IMG/VR virus record: IMGVR_UViG_3300044630_005784
Location: 5,535-69,534 of that record
From: a virus
DNA: 64,000 nucleotides
Reading direction: 5' to 3' (one strand)
Shown: one piece after another, positions 37,800-47,789 of the stretch
Numbering within the stretch: position 1 is the stretch's first letter
Layout of the letters: every line of letters begins with the position of its first letter
The notes under the pieces: generated by a model
Told to the model about the DNA's origin: nothing
Database searches by the model: none
What the model saw: the letters and a program-made list of their open reading frames with translations, nothing else
Program-made: the position numbers and the translations under genes

Positions 37800-40700
37800 T
37801 ACGAACGCTCCATCATCTGTCGTTCCTTATCGTCAATTCTATTCATAACTTCATTGGCGATAGCGGAAACGTCTTGATTTGGCGAAGCATTAACAACAAT
37901 TGAATAGTTGCTGTTGTACGAGGCGCCACTAGACGCTCCGTTTGAAGGCATCGGACTTACGGCATCGCCATAAGGAGCAGTGCCCGCAGCGCCCGGAACG
38001 ACGTGCAAGTGACGATCTCCGCCAGATCCGTGGAACTCAGCAAAGCCGCCGCTTGAGTTCACGAGGGCCGAGTACCCAACAAGGTTCTGACCGACAAGGT
38101 CGTATGCGTTTCCTGTTATATGGTCGGAGTTGAGGGACCCGAGGTTCGTGCTGCGCCACGCAGAAGTGATCGAGCGTTTGCCGGGCAGTTGGCTATTTAT
38201 TTGGGAATGACTCATCATTGTCCGGGCGAGACGGCTGGAAGTCGTATCATTCGGGTCGTCAGTTACGGTGATTCCGTATCGTTGAGGTGTTCCTCCCGGG
38301 TATTGATAGGTTTTACCCGGTCCTGTTCCCGAACCTCCGGATGGCCCGGAAGGGAACAGAATATTTTTTGGATTGGAAGTATCGCCGTTGGGTGGGTTCC
38401 ACCAAGGAGGGAGACCCCACCATTCCGGTTTCATGGTTGCAAACGCGTCCATAACACCCGTACCAACGGCAGTACGCATGGTCGACGTTTGGTCGGCAAT
38501 TCTTTGAGCGGCACGATCAAAACTTCCGGCCAAAGGCCCAAGAGTGCTTACAACAGTGCCGATACCCGGAATTTCCACGGGAGTATCAAGAATATTTGGA
38601 TCAACTAGCCCTGCGAAGGGTCCGTCCGGACCCGTCAATCCCTTTAGGACGTCTTGCACTGCTTTGGTGGTCGCTGCAGTTCGCTCTTCTGGTGTTTTCA
38701 AATTCGCAAAACCGGTTCGAAACTCTTCGCTACCAACTTCCGCCAAAAGATTTTCAGAAAATTGACCGGCGAATTTTGTTCCAAGACCGGTAGGTAACTT
38801 CTCAGCAATACCCGTAAAGAAACCTTCAAAATCGGAAGCGGCAAACTGAAAGTTGTTTCCGGGCAAACCGGTAAGACCGGTTGCTAAACGGCCGCTTAAA
38901 TTGCCGAAAATGTCGCCCTGCGAGTTGCCCAACGCCTTTTGAACCATGGCCTGAAACTCTGGGCCGAGTTGATCGAACATTCCGAACAAAGAAGAACCCG
39001 GAGTTGTGTATGCGAGGCCTTCACGGCCCAAAAACCCTTGTTCAAGGTTAACAAGAGCATCAATAGGGTTTTCCATTGCGGCAAGAGTTCCGGTGGCTAC
39101 CGTATTCAAAAATTCAGCCATTTGAACTCGTCCGCCACTAAATCCACCGGACCCACGAATTTCTTCAGCCGCTTGGTCCATTGCGAGAATTGCTTTTTCT
39201 GTCTCAATGATTGGCCTAGTAACTTCGCTTATCGCATTAAGGGCAAGCCGTTTAATTGATGTTCTGATTTGTTCTGTTGTTTCAGGAATTGCTAATCCAA
39301 GTTTTGCTACAGCCGTTGCCATCTGCAGTGTGTTGTCGGTTAGGTCAAGACCCATTTCCGATGAAAGTTTTATTAAGGCCTCTTCAGACATTCCTGTAGT
39401 TTCGGACAATTTCCGCAAATTGTCGTCGATGTTAGCAAAAGCCTTAAGCCCTTGGTTTTCGAGTTCTTCAGAGTTCTTTTTGAGTTGAGTGATACCCGTG
39501 TCCATGTTCCGCAATGTCAAAACGTCATATTCGGCCTGAGTGATGTCTCCTCTGAGGATCGCGGCGTTAGCCATGTCCTTACGTTCTTGAAGAGTTTTCT
39601 CTCGGTAACTGCCCGCAATTTCGTCTATTTTTTTTGTTGCGTCACCAATGGTTGTAAGGCTTTTTTTGACTCCCGGGAGGCCTTCGCGGAGATAGTCGCC
39701 AGCAAGAGCCTTTCCCTGCTCCAAGCCAACTTTTTCAAAACCTTTGCGAATAGCGTCACGGTGTTCGCGGTCTTGCTGAATGCCACTGACGAGACCCGTA
39801 ATTGCGCCAACGACTGTACCGACTGCTGCTCCTATTAATGCACCGGGGACCGCGCCGATTCCACCAGCAAAAGCGCCGATGCCAGCGCCAATACCAGCAC
39901 CTGCAACCAAACCTGCACCAGCACCAACCCCAGCACTCGCTTGAGGGGAAAGATCAAATTGGTTTACAGCCCCACGGATGCCTCCAAGAGCAGTACCGGC
40001 TGTTGCTCCAATTCCGGCGCCAAGCCCGGGTCCAACAGCCGGAATCATAGATCCAATGGATGCACCTAGCGCAGCGCCACCCACAGCCCCCGTAGTCAAG
40101 CCACCCAAAAGGGTTTCAGATTGAATCGCCGTGGCCAAATACGGAATAGATGTTGCAATACCAGCGATACGAAGAGCATTTTTCTGATTATTTGCAAACA
40201 TTGCCCCCATGTTTCCCATGGCACCAGCAGTCATTGCCAGTTCTGGGGCTTGTCCTGCAAGTGGAAGTGTTGCCAACAATCCGGCCCCACCCATGACTCT
40301 GGAGTTATTTAATTTTCCAGCGGCAACACTAGCGTTGTAGCGAGCATTGAAACCCGCTCCGGCTCCGCGCGCATATCCAAATCCGGCACCACCTCCGCCG
40401 CCTCCTCCGCCACCGCCCATAAAGAAGCCCCCCATGCTGCTCAAAATGTTTCCTTTTGGAGCCTTACCTCCCGCCCGGAGTTTCATGTTTCGTCCGCCCT
40501 GCAAAGCACCGATCAATCCAATCCCAAGACCAGCAGACAATATGGCGCCAAGCGGACCTAAACTTTTTCCGACCTTCTGAAGCCCTTTAAACACGCCGAG
40601 GATTGCTTCCGCTACCGTCAACAAAACGTTCATTCCAGCGGTAATTGTGTCGAGGTTGTCGGTAAAAACTTCTTTCAGCAGATCAAATGCGCTGGAAATA

Positions 40701-42181
40701 AAGTTGACTGTACGTTCAAGCATTTGACCGAAATCTCGAAACGAGTCCGCATTTTCTATAGCAAGTCTATTCAATTGTTTGAACGCGTCTACAAAGTGCA
40801 TTACGACAGCCATAATCGGAGGACCGAAAGTCTCGTTGATTATTTTTGACCCTTCTTGGAAGGGACGGAAAATGTCGTCTAGGGAAGTTAAAAATTTCCA
40901 AGTACGTTGTATAAACTTGTAAATATCTTCAAACGTTTGTTTTGCTTTCGGCAAATTGTCTTCAAAGAGACGAGTAAGAACTTCAATTAGACGACTTGTC
41001 CCCTTGCCTAAGCCGTCGATCATGCCTCCGCCAAGCGAAGGACCGATAGCAGCCCTAATTCGAGCAAAACTGGTGTTCAACTCGTGACTAAGACCTTTAA
41101 AAGTGGCTTTGAGTTGCGGCAAAAACTGTTGACCATAATCAGCAAATTCGCTTTTTGCCAAAGTCATAAAACTTTTTAACTGGCCAATCAAAGTGTTGTT
41201 CACGGCGCCAAGTGCGCCCCCAATGCCCGAGTCCTCAGCAAGTTTGCCTGAAGACAAAGCAGCCAATAACTGGGGAGCGCCAGAAATGCCCGCCTTTTGA
41301 GCATCTTTAACTGCTTTTTCAAACTGCGGCCCCACTTTGCCAGCGGCAGAAAGAACATTGTCGGTAAGTTTTCCTTCTTTTTGCAAGAGACCTATGAAAT
41401 CGCCAGCAGCAGCAAAGTTTTTGCCCATATCGCCGCCAGCCGCAACAGCAAAATCACCGATACCGACCAAAGCGTTTTTCAAAGGCGCAGTCATTTCGGT
41501 ATTTTTAGATACGGCCGCAAATGCTTGCTGAAGGCTTTCCATGCCAAACACGGCAACACGCGAATCACTTGTCAACATTCGCAACGCACTCATAGCCTGC
41601 TGAGTGCCACTACCAAGGTTTGGCAGTGACTTATATGTAGTAGCGAACATTGCTGCTTGCCACTCTCGTTGAGCAGCAGCCGCGCCCGCAAGGGCAACTG
41701 TGAGACCTGCTGCTGCGCCTGCAGCAAGCGCCAAACTGCCTTGATACATCTTGGCGCCAAAATTCCCAATAGCAAAGCCAGCGTTCACCAAGGAAAGCGA
41801 TGCAGCAACAATGGCAAATTCGACACCGACGCCAATAACCGCATACATCAGGTACCGCATGGATCTGCGGCTTCGGTTAGCGTTGTTGCCCATATTGCGC
41901 ATTTGGCGATTAGTGCGACCCATACCTCCGCCGCCGCTACCACCGGATAACGCATTATTCTTCGTAAGGAAGTCGTCAAACCTGTCCGTCAATCGATCCA
42001 TAGTGCCGGACAGTTTTTTGCCAGAACCATCGAGATCACCCAAAGACTTACTCGATCTTTGAGACGACCTATCGACGTCATTAGAACTAGCCGAAAGCGC
42101 AGCAAGTTGCGCCTGAGTCCGAGAGATATCTCCCGTATCAGCGTCTACGTCAATTCGGATTACAACGCGTTCGTCAGCCAT
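37799..42181 (-). CDS. tape measure protein with C-terminal M15-like peptidase motif
   Basis: 1460 aa, Ala/Gly-rich helical; after chaperone; SDHITGNAYD...HLHV. Confidence 0.9.
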   Translation of the reverse strand: MADERVVIRIDVDADTGDISRTQAQLAALSASSNDVDRSSQRSSKSLGDLDGSGKKLSGTMDRLTDRFDDFLTKNNALSGGSGGGGMGRTNRQMRNMGNNANRSRRSMRYLMYAVIGVGVEFAIVAASLSLVNAGFAIGNFGAKMYQGSLALAAGAAAGLTVALAGAAAAQREWQAAMFATTYKSLPNLGSGTQQAMSALRMLTSDSRVAVFGMESLQQAFAAVSKNTEMTAPLKNALVGIGDFAVAAGGDMGKNFAAAGDFIGLLQKEGKLTDNVLSAAGKVGPQFEKAVKDAQKAGISGAPQLLAALSSGKLAEDSGIGGALGAVNNTLIGQLKSFMTLAKSEFADYGQQFLPQLKATFKGLSHELNTSFARIRAAIGPSLGGGMIDGLGKGTSRLIEVLTRLFEDNLPKAKQTFEDIYKFIQRTWKFLTSLDDIFRPFQEGSKIINETFGPPIMAVVMHFVDAFKQLNRLAIENADSFRDFGQMLERTVNFISSAFDLLKEVFTDNLDTITAGMNVLLTVAEAILGVFKGLQKVGKSLGPLGAILSAGLGIGLIGALQGGRNMKLRAGGKAPKGNILSSMGGFFMGGGGGGGGGGAGFGYARGAGAGFNARYNASVAAGKLNNSRVMGGAGLLATLPLAGQAPELAMTAGAMGNMGAMFANNQKNALRIAGIATSIPYLATAIQSETLLGGLTTGAVGGAALGASIGSMIPAVGPGLGAGIGATAGTALGGIRGAVNQFDLSPQASAGVGAGAGLVAGAGIGAGIGAFAGGIGAVPGALIGAAVGTVVGAITGLVSGIQQDREHRDAIRKGFEKVGLEQGKALAGDYLREGLPGVKKSLTTIGDATKKIDEIAGSYREKTLQERKDMANAAILRGDITQAEYDVLTLRNMDTGITQLKKNSEELENQGLKAFANIDDNLRKLSETTGMSEEALIKLSSEMGLDLTDNTLQMATAVAKLGLAIPETTEQIRTSIKRLALNAISEVTRPIIETEKAILAMDQAAEEIRGSGGFSGGRVQMAEFLNTVATGTLAAMENPIDALVNLEQGFLGREGLAYTTPGSSLFGMFDQLGPEFQAMVQKALGNSQGDIFGNLSGRLATGLTGLPGNNFQFAASDFEGFFTGIAEKLPTGLGTKFAGQFSENLLAEVGSEEFRTGFANLKTPEERTAATTKAVQDVLKGLTGPDGPFAGLVDPNILDTPVEIPGIGTVVSTLGPLAGSFDRAAQRIADQTSTMRTAVGTGVMDAFATMKPEWWGLPPWWNPPNGDTSNPKNILFPSGPSGGSGTGPGKTYQYPGGTPQRYGITVTDDPNDTTSSRLARTMMSHSQINSQLPGKRSITSAWRSTNLGSLNSDHITGNAYDLVGQNLVGYSALVNSSGGFAEFHGSGGDRHLHVVPGAAGTAPYGDAVSPMPSNGASSGASYNSNYSIVVNASPNQDVSAIANEVMNRIDDKERQMMERS

Positions 42182-42234
42182 CGTCCTTTAATGGTGCCAC
42201 TGAAATTGGCTCCAGACAGAAGGAAATGAAACTC

Positions 42235-42441
42235 TTACGAATTACGCTTTCGTTCCATCTCTTCACGCTCCCTAGCGCGATCACGCTCGATCACCTTTGC
42301 ACAGGCATAACGAATTAGCCAGTCGTGGTCATCACAGTCGAGAAGTACAAGCGGGTCAGTGCCCCAAATCTCCCCCAGCCTCGCGGCTGTCTGAATTCGG
42401 GCATCGTCCGAGAAGTCTTCTACGACTCCCTCGTAGGGTCC
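42235..42441 (-). CDS. tail assembly chaperone, frameshift extension (gpGT-like)
   Basis: Open -1 frame overlapping the chaperone end and lacking an obvious own start: VVEDFSDDARIQTAARLGEIWGTDPLVLL...ERKRNS. Confidence 0.7.
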   Translation of the reverse strand, partial: GPYEGVVEDFSDDARIQTAARLGEIWGTDPLVLLDCDDHDWLIRYACAKVIERDRAREREEMERKRNS

Positions 42442-42947
42442 ACCTGCTCAACCTCGTCGCCATACCCAGCGGCGTCCATAATTACGAGAGCAGCGGATTC
42501 AACGTGTGGGTCGATTCCAAAGAATTCTTGTACGCATTCTGGGATTGGGCGAGTTGTATTCGTCATGTCCAGAATTTCTGGTGAGGCGAACGACAGGGGT
42601 GCGCCGTTTTCGTTGAGCGCTTCTTCGCCGTCAACGTAAATGCCGGTACAGGTGTGGCCGATGACATAACAAGCAAACTTGGTCGGATCAAAGCCATTTT
42701 TGGTGTTTTCGCCGCTTTGACGGCGCCAAGCACGCAATTGGTGCTGGTTAATGTTTGGCGAGATTTGGATTGCCACGCCCGGACGTTCAGGAACCTCAAT
42801 GAGAATTTCCGAACGTTCAATCTTCTTGGACAGTTCAGTTCGAAGGCGATCAAGAATGGTCGGTTCTCCAGAGCGCGAAGCCGAAGATGCCGATTCTTTG
42901 CTGCTTTCGGATGGGTTGTTGGTGGTGAAGTCGTAGGTTTCGCTCAT
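42420..42947 (-). CDS. tail assembly chaperone (gpG-like)
   Basis: Between tube and tape measure; ends VDPTRES. Confidence 0.75.
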   Translation of the reverse strand: MSETYDFTTNNPSESSKESASSASRSGEPTILDRLRTELSKKIERSEILIEVPERPGVAIQISPNINQHQLRAWRRQSGENTKNGFDPTKFACYVIGHTCTGIYVDGEEALNENGAPLSFASPEILDMTNTTRPIPECVQEFFGIDPHVESAALVIMDAAGYGDEVEQVDPTRES

Positions 42948-42976
42948 AGTCGAAAACTTAGCACTATTTATGAAGA

Positions 42977-42997
42977 GAGGGGCGCAAGGCGCCCCTC
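42977..42997 (-). terminator. possible terminator hairpin after the tail tube gene
   Basis: GAGGGGCGC-N3-GCGCCCCTC; weak U-tract. Confidence 0.4.
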
Positions 42998-43031
42998 ATA
43001 ACTTCATTTTTATTTGTCAATCTTTAGAAGA

Positions 43032-43493
43032 TTAACGACCGACAGTTTGACCTGACACCTGCGAGATCGAGAACGTCATCGAGAAGGTGGTGGGCGCTCC
43101 AGAAGAGGCGTCACCTTCAGGCTCTGAGAGTCCGACAAGAAGAGCGCGAGCATAAATGCGTTCCGAGCCGAGAACCTTGAGATCGCAGTTAAGGTCGACA
43201 ACAAAAACGTTGTAATGAACGCGCCCAACGAGTTGACGGACGACTTTGATCGAGGCTCCGTCACGATCTGGATCGTAATGACGAGTGATGGTGATGTCAC
43301 CAATTTCGGCCGGTGCAGTCAAAACTTCTGGGAACTGTTGACCACCGTCATATACTTTTTCGACAGATGCGGTGATTTCGCCACCCGACACCTGCGCAAA
43401 GTAGCCAATGAACTCCGGCCCAAGCGGGCAGTCGGGGATCGAAATAGGCTTGATCTCCGCGACTACCTGCCGCTGTGAAATTTTGTTACTCAT
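43032..43493 (-). CDS. tail tube protein
   Basis: FAQVSGG...DITITR pattern; follows sheath; GGAGG RBS. Confidence 0.8.
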   Translation of the reverse strand: MSNKISQRQVVAEIKPISIPDCPLGPEFIGYFAQVSGGEITASVEKVYDGGQQFPEVLTAPAEIGDITITRHYDPDRDGASIKVVRQLVGRVHYNVFVVDLNCDLKVLGSERIYARALLVGLSEPEGDASSGAPTTFSMTFSISQVSGQTVGR

Positions 43494-43505
43494 TTATTCC
43501 TCCAC

Positions 43506-44969
43506 TTAAACGACGGAAGTCGTGAGGTTGGACTTGATGACTTCGACTTCAATGCGATCGGCGATGCTCGAAATCCGAACACCAACCTTCGCCTTGACTA
43601 CACCAGTCGCCAATTGGGTGATTGGGTTAAGGTCGTCGTTGACTTCGACCGAGTAGCCAGCATCGATTTGGTTCCCATCGACATCAAATGCCTCGAAGAG
43701 ACCACCAGCGGTGCGGATCGGGTCAAGTAGACCGATAAGGCGAGCCTCAACTCGACCGAAGACCGTACGACGGCCATCAATCGGAGAGAACACCAGATCC
43801 TCAAGTTCACGCTCAGCCTCAACCACGATGTAGTTGAGAGTGTCACGAGCAGTGATGTACCGGAAATTGGTTGTATCGGTTGAAGCGGAACGCGCTCCGT
43901 AGATTCGAACGCTGTTCTGAATCACACGAATGGCATTGATGTTAGCCTCGTCGAGACTGTCGCCATCGGTCTTGTCAATCGAAACTGCAGTACCGCTGAT
44001 GAAACGAGCCTTTGACTGAATTCCGGCGGCTGCGCTCCATGAACCAATCTCATTGTGAGCGAGTGAGCGCTTAGCGGCGACATACCCCTCTGGTGAGATG
44101 GTCAGTGAAGTCTGAGCCGATCCTGTCATGGTGACGCTTGGGTAATAAAACGCAGCGTACTCAGGGTCAGTTGCCTCGCCCGTAATCCACGAGTCTGCAG
44201 CAGTAGTTGCTGCTGCGGCTGTATTGGCGGGATTAAACGCCAGAAGGGCAATGCGGCTGTTTGCTACACAGTGGGTCTCAATGGCGCTCCACACTGTGTT
44301 GCCATACTTGCCGGGGATTGCAACCGCTCCAGCACCGTACTGGTTGAGGAAGAGGTCGAGTCCGTCGACGTATTCGCCTTCATCGGCTGCATCCTCAACA
44401 CCACCACTGAACGGTTGGACCGTAGCGGAAGCGCCAAGAGTGGCAGATTGATTGATTCCGGTAGCCGTTGCATAGACTGAAGCGATGCTTGAGTCATTGA
44501 TCGCAGAGATGACGGCACCTGCGTTGGCTTGTGAGCCTGTTGAATAAACAAACTCTTCGTTCAAATAAAGTTTGAGGGCAATACCACTTCCAGACACTTC
44601 AGTGATAATGCTGAGACCAGCAAGACCGTTCGCCCATGTGCCGGGGTTAGCGGCTGTAAGGGTGAAGGCTGGCGAGCCTGCGTTGTCATCAACTTCGAGT
44701 GTGGCAGCGGTTGCGCTTGAGCCGACCACACGACTGATGTAGGCGCGAGAGCCGCCCTCTTCAAAGAATGTTTGGACCTGCTGATGAAGGGATCCGGTGG
44801 CATAGTAACCACCGTAACGGACTTCAAATTCAGCAAGACTGGTTACGAGGCGTGCCTCGTCGACCGGTCCACGCTTTGATTCGCCCACCACAAAAAAGGT
44901 GCTTGCTGGAGCGACATTGACTGACGTGGGGCCAGTTCGCACTGCGGTTGTAACGACTACGCCGGGCAT
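43506..44969 (-). CDS. contractile tail sheath protein
   Basis: MPGV, RGP, FFEEGG..AYISRV, PG.WAN, INAIR...IYGARS motifs. Confidence 0.92.
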   Translation of the reverse strand: MPGVVVTTAVRTGPTSVNVAPASTFFVVGESKRGPVDEARLVTSLAEFEVRYGGYYATGSLHQQVQTFFEEGGSRAYISRVVGSSATAATLEVDDNAGSPAFTLTAANPGTWANGLAGLSIITEVSGSGIALKLYLNEEFVYSTGSQANAGAVISAINDSSIASVYATATGINQSATLGASATVQPFSGGVEDAADEGEYVDGLDLFLNQYGAGAVAIPGKYGNTVWSAIETHCVANSRIALLAFNPANTAAAATTAADSWITGEATDPEYAAFYYPSVTMTGSAQTSLTISPEGYVAAKRSLAHNEIGSWSAAAGIQSKARFISGTAVSIDKTDGDSLDEANINAIRVIQNSVRIYGARSASTDTTNFRYITARDTLNYIVVEAERELEDLVFSPIDGRRTVFGRVEARLIGLLDPIRTAGGLFEAFDVDGNQIDAGYSVEVNDDLNPITQLATGVVKAKVGVRISSIADRIEVEVIKSNLTTSVV

Positions 44970-45066
44970 CGGCTTTCCTCCAAACCTCGGTTGTATTGAT
45001 CGAGGTAGGGCCAGATTACTACACGGTGCTGCTGTGTCGTGTAAGCCCTACGACAATAACTTGCTT

Positions 45067-45273
45067 CTATGATCTTACTGCGAATAGGCCCTCGTCGATT
45101 GCACGTTGGACATATTCATTTAATTCCACCACTTGCGTTGACTGTGGTGGGACTGTTCTTTGTTCTGCATCAAACTGAACTGGGAACCTTGCAGTATTAA
45201 AAACAAGAACTAAATTGGGTTTTTTTTGAGTTTTTGCTTCAGTTTTCGGTTTTCTGGGTTTGGCTGAACTCAT
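45067..45273 (-). CDS. small hypothetical protein upstream of sheath
   Basis: ATGA-coupled start at 45273. Confidence 0.6.
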   Translation of the reverse strand: MSSAKPRKPKTEAKTQKKPNLVLVFNTARFPVQFDAEQRTVPPQSTQVVELNEYVQRAIDEGLFAVRS

Positions 45274-45902
45274 AGTTCGATTCCTTTCCATTTGTATTCG
45301 GCAGAGGCGGATGCTCCAAGGGTGGATGTCAATCCTGCTCCGGCACTGTAGATTTTGATCTGATCAAGAGAGTCAGAAACGTTTTGTCGAGTAATTGTCT
45401 CATCTAAATTGATGTCATAGGCAATGTAGGCGCCCGCCAGCACTCGCTCGCCCTTAACCAAAGTTAAATCAGAGAACTCTTCACGCATGGTTCCCTCATC
45501 TACCAAAACGGAGTGACACCCGTCGTCGTAAGCGTTAAGCATCGGGTGGTCAAGGAGGGCTGAGCGGACGACCATTGTGAGGTTGTCACGCATTTCCGTG
45601 CATTCCATAGAACCGTCTGTTTTTACCCACACATAAGTCCGCATGTTGTATTTAACTCGGTACTCAGGGTTTAGGGAAGCGTCGTACTCCATTCTCGTAA
45701 TGGAGGCTGTTGACAGCGCAATCGTAATGATTGTCGGCCAATGATCTAGAGCGACTGGTTCGTAATTCAGGTAAAGCAAAGGTTCGGGGAGCGAATCTTC
45801 GTCAAGATTCATTGCATTCCTATAGGAAAGCAAGCGTGACGGAAGATCTTGAGCCAAGTAATTAGTTACAAAAGATTTAACGACTGCTGGGCCTTGCATC
45901 AT
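45270..45902 (-). CDS. tail terminator/completion protein
   Basis: Position in neck module; 210 aa. Confidence 0.6.
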   Translation of the reverse strand: MMQGPAVVKSFVTNYLAQDLPSRLLSYRNAMNLDEDSLPEPLLYLNYEPVALDHWPTIITIALSTASITRMEYDASLNPEYRVKYNMRTYVWVKTDGSMECTEMRDNLTMVVRSALLDHPMLNAYDDGCHSVLVDEGTMREEFSDLTLVKGERVLAGAYIAYDINLDETITRQNVSDSLDQIKIYSAGAGLTSTLGASASAEYKWKGIEL

Positions 45903-46339
45903 GGCAACAAATCACCCCGAAGCCCAACAATATGCTTTGCTGCTTCCTCTCCAACCTTTTTGGAAAATCCCACAGGCTCAAAAACAACTTGGCGTTTCGG
46001 CATGTCTCGGGTCCCATATTGATGAAACTTTGCGTATTCGACCTTGGTGCCGAAGATGGCATAGACCGGCGTTACCTCATTGGGAGAACCGCGCAAGGAT
46101 GTCAGGGACCTAAAAAGTTCCCCGGTTTCGATTAGTGGGGTCCACGCTCGTTCTTCTTCGGGGGTGGACCAACCGCCTGATGGAAGGCCGCTTGCTCCAA
46201 AGTTTTCTCGATTGGCTTTACGAAGTTCGTCGCGAGCAAAATTGAATACAGAAACAAAATTTTTTGCTCGGACCTGCATTTTTGTTAAAAGTTGTTGAGC
46301 GCCTTTGTCGTCAATCCGAATCCGAATATTAGTTGACAT
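45899..46339 (-). CDS. virion morphogenesis/tail completion protein (Mu gpG-like)
   Basis: LIETGELFRSL...GT.VEYAKFHQYGT..MPKR. Confidence 0.85.
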   Translation of the reverse strand: MSTNIRIRIDDKGAQQLLTKMQVRAKNFVSVFNFARDELRKANRENFGASGLPSGGWSTPEEERAWTPLIETGELFRSLTSLRGSPNEVTPVYAIFGTKVEYAKFHQYGTRDMPKRQVVFEPVGFSKKVGEEAAKHIVGLRGDLLP

Positions 46340-46959
46340 CAGATTCTCACTCGCCGATAGCGTCTTACTGACTGCAACTCTTCTGGCGTGAAGCCAGTGG
46401 TGAGGGGAGCCACGTTACGAGTTTCCAAATCCTTTAAACCAACTACATCATCATGCATGTTTTGCATTTCCCGGCTAGCGGCACGCAAAATCAAAAGACG
46501 AAATACGGGAATTTCCGAACCATCCAGACCCGCAGAATAAGTGAAGGTAACCGTATCGTTCGGACCCGCCCGATACAGGTCAACCCCGTACCTCTGAACG
46601 ACGTAATCAAGACCTTCTGTGACGCTCACAGACGCCCCAGTAGGTGAAGTGACGGAAATACTCGATAACGAGTTAATTGGAGACTGGCGGGCATATACGG
46701 TCACAGCGGGAACCGAATGATACGGAGGTCCATCCGTCGTACCAATTGTCCTGTCGTAGAGATAAGAGGAACCGGCAATAGCCACAAATTCCGTTGGGAC
46801 GATGTGGGTCTCTGTAAACGTACCGAGTTCAATCGGGCGACGAAGGTAGGACTCCAGTTCGGACTGCAGACCCTCAAGAACGTAACCAGCCGCACGCGTT
46901 TGGCGATTGCTGAACTTAATGTCCATGTAAGCGGTAAGTTCATCAATCGTTACAAGCAT
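46339..46959 (-). CDS. head-tail adaptor
   Basis: LVTIDEL..Y...ESYLRR...V..TY.AG...YRR. Confidence 0.75.
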   Translation of the reverse strand: MLVTIDELTAYMDIKFSNRQTRAAGYVLEGLQSELESYLRRPIELGTFTETHIVPTEFVAIAGSSYLYDRTIGTTDGPPYHSVPAVTVYARQSPINSLSSISVTSPTGASVSVTEGLDYVVQRYGVDLYRAGPNDTVTFTYSAGLDGSEIPVFRLLILRAASREMQNMHDDVVGLKDLETRNVAPLTTGFTPEELQSVRRYRRVRI

Positions 46960-46983
46960 TTTTGTGCCTCAGGTCAATTGTTG

Positions 46984-47160
46984 CTAGTTGTTAGACCGAC
47001 CTCGCGCCCCAGTAAGGGCACGACGGACACCTTGAACCCCACGCGCGCCTAACCTAAGTCCTGTCGCAAGGAATCGACGCCACCAAGACGGACGATCAAG
47101 CATCTCGTCTCGTTCTTCTTCGCTAAGTTCTCGATCCGGCAATCCAGATGGGGTGGGCAT
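46984..47160 (-). CDS. 58-aa Arg-rich protein
   Basis: Below ORF-track cutoff; GGAGGT RBS; MPTPSGLPDRELSEEERDEMLDRPSWWRRFLATGLRLGARGVQGVRRALTGARGRSNN. Confidence 0.6.
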   Translation of the reverse strand: MPTPSGLPDRELSEEERDEMLDRPSWWRRFLATGLRLGARGVQGVRRALTGARGRSNN

Positions 47161-47228
47161 TAGTTAGACCTCCATGGATCGGGAATGCCATTCATCACCA
47201 CCATACCCCACCAAACAGTCTTGCGGGA

Positions 47229-47789
47229 TCAACGATCGGCGTTTGGTGGGCGCTCAATAGTGACCGCAGGTGCGCCTTTTGCGGTTTTGGTAGATGGGGC
47301 CTCAACCGGGATCCATGCGCGAGAATAAACATGATCCTTAAGTTTTCGAGTTTTGATCAAGCCCCCATCGAAGAGCAAGTCAATTTCGTCAGAGGTCATG
47401 GAAAGCAGGCGCTTGAGGTCTTGCTTACCGTACTTCCCCGATCGGACAATTTTTTTGAATGTGGAGGACAGGGGTTTGGCATAAAGCACGCCACGGCCCC
47501 TGTTCATTTGAAGATGGAGCAACATGGCGTCGATGTCATCGCAATCAATGAAAGTCACCGGCACTTTTCCCCGATAACGCTTCACTAATGATTCTAAATT
47601 ACCGGCAATCATCCAACGTTCATGACCATCAATAATTGTTGATGACTTTTTTTGAACGACAATTGGCGACAGGAACCCGTGAAGCAGCATTGATTCAGCC
47701 AACACCCGTTGATCGGGTTTTAAAATAAACGTTGACTTGAATGGTGCAGCCTTAAGCGAACCACCCTCAACCATTTCAATTTCAATCAT
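47229..47789 (-). CDS. ParB/Srx-like N-terminal domain protein (IbrB/YbdM-like)
   Basis: GFLSPIVV...IIDGHERW...MNRGRG. Confidence 0.8.
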   Translation of the reverse strand: MIEIEMVEGGSLKAAPFKSTFILKPDQRVLAESMLLHGFLSPIVVQKKSSTIIDGHERWMIAGNLESLVKRYRGKVPVTFIDCDDIDAMLLHLQMNRGRGVLYAKPLSSTFKKIVRSGKYGKQDLKRLLSMTSDEIDLLFDGGLIKTRKLKDHVYSRAWIPVEAPSTKTAKGAPAVTIERPPNADR

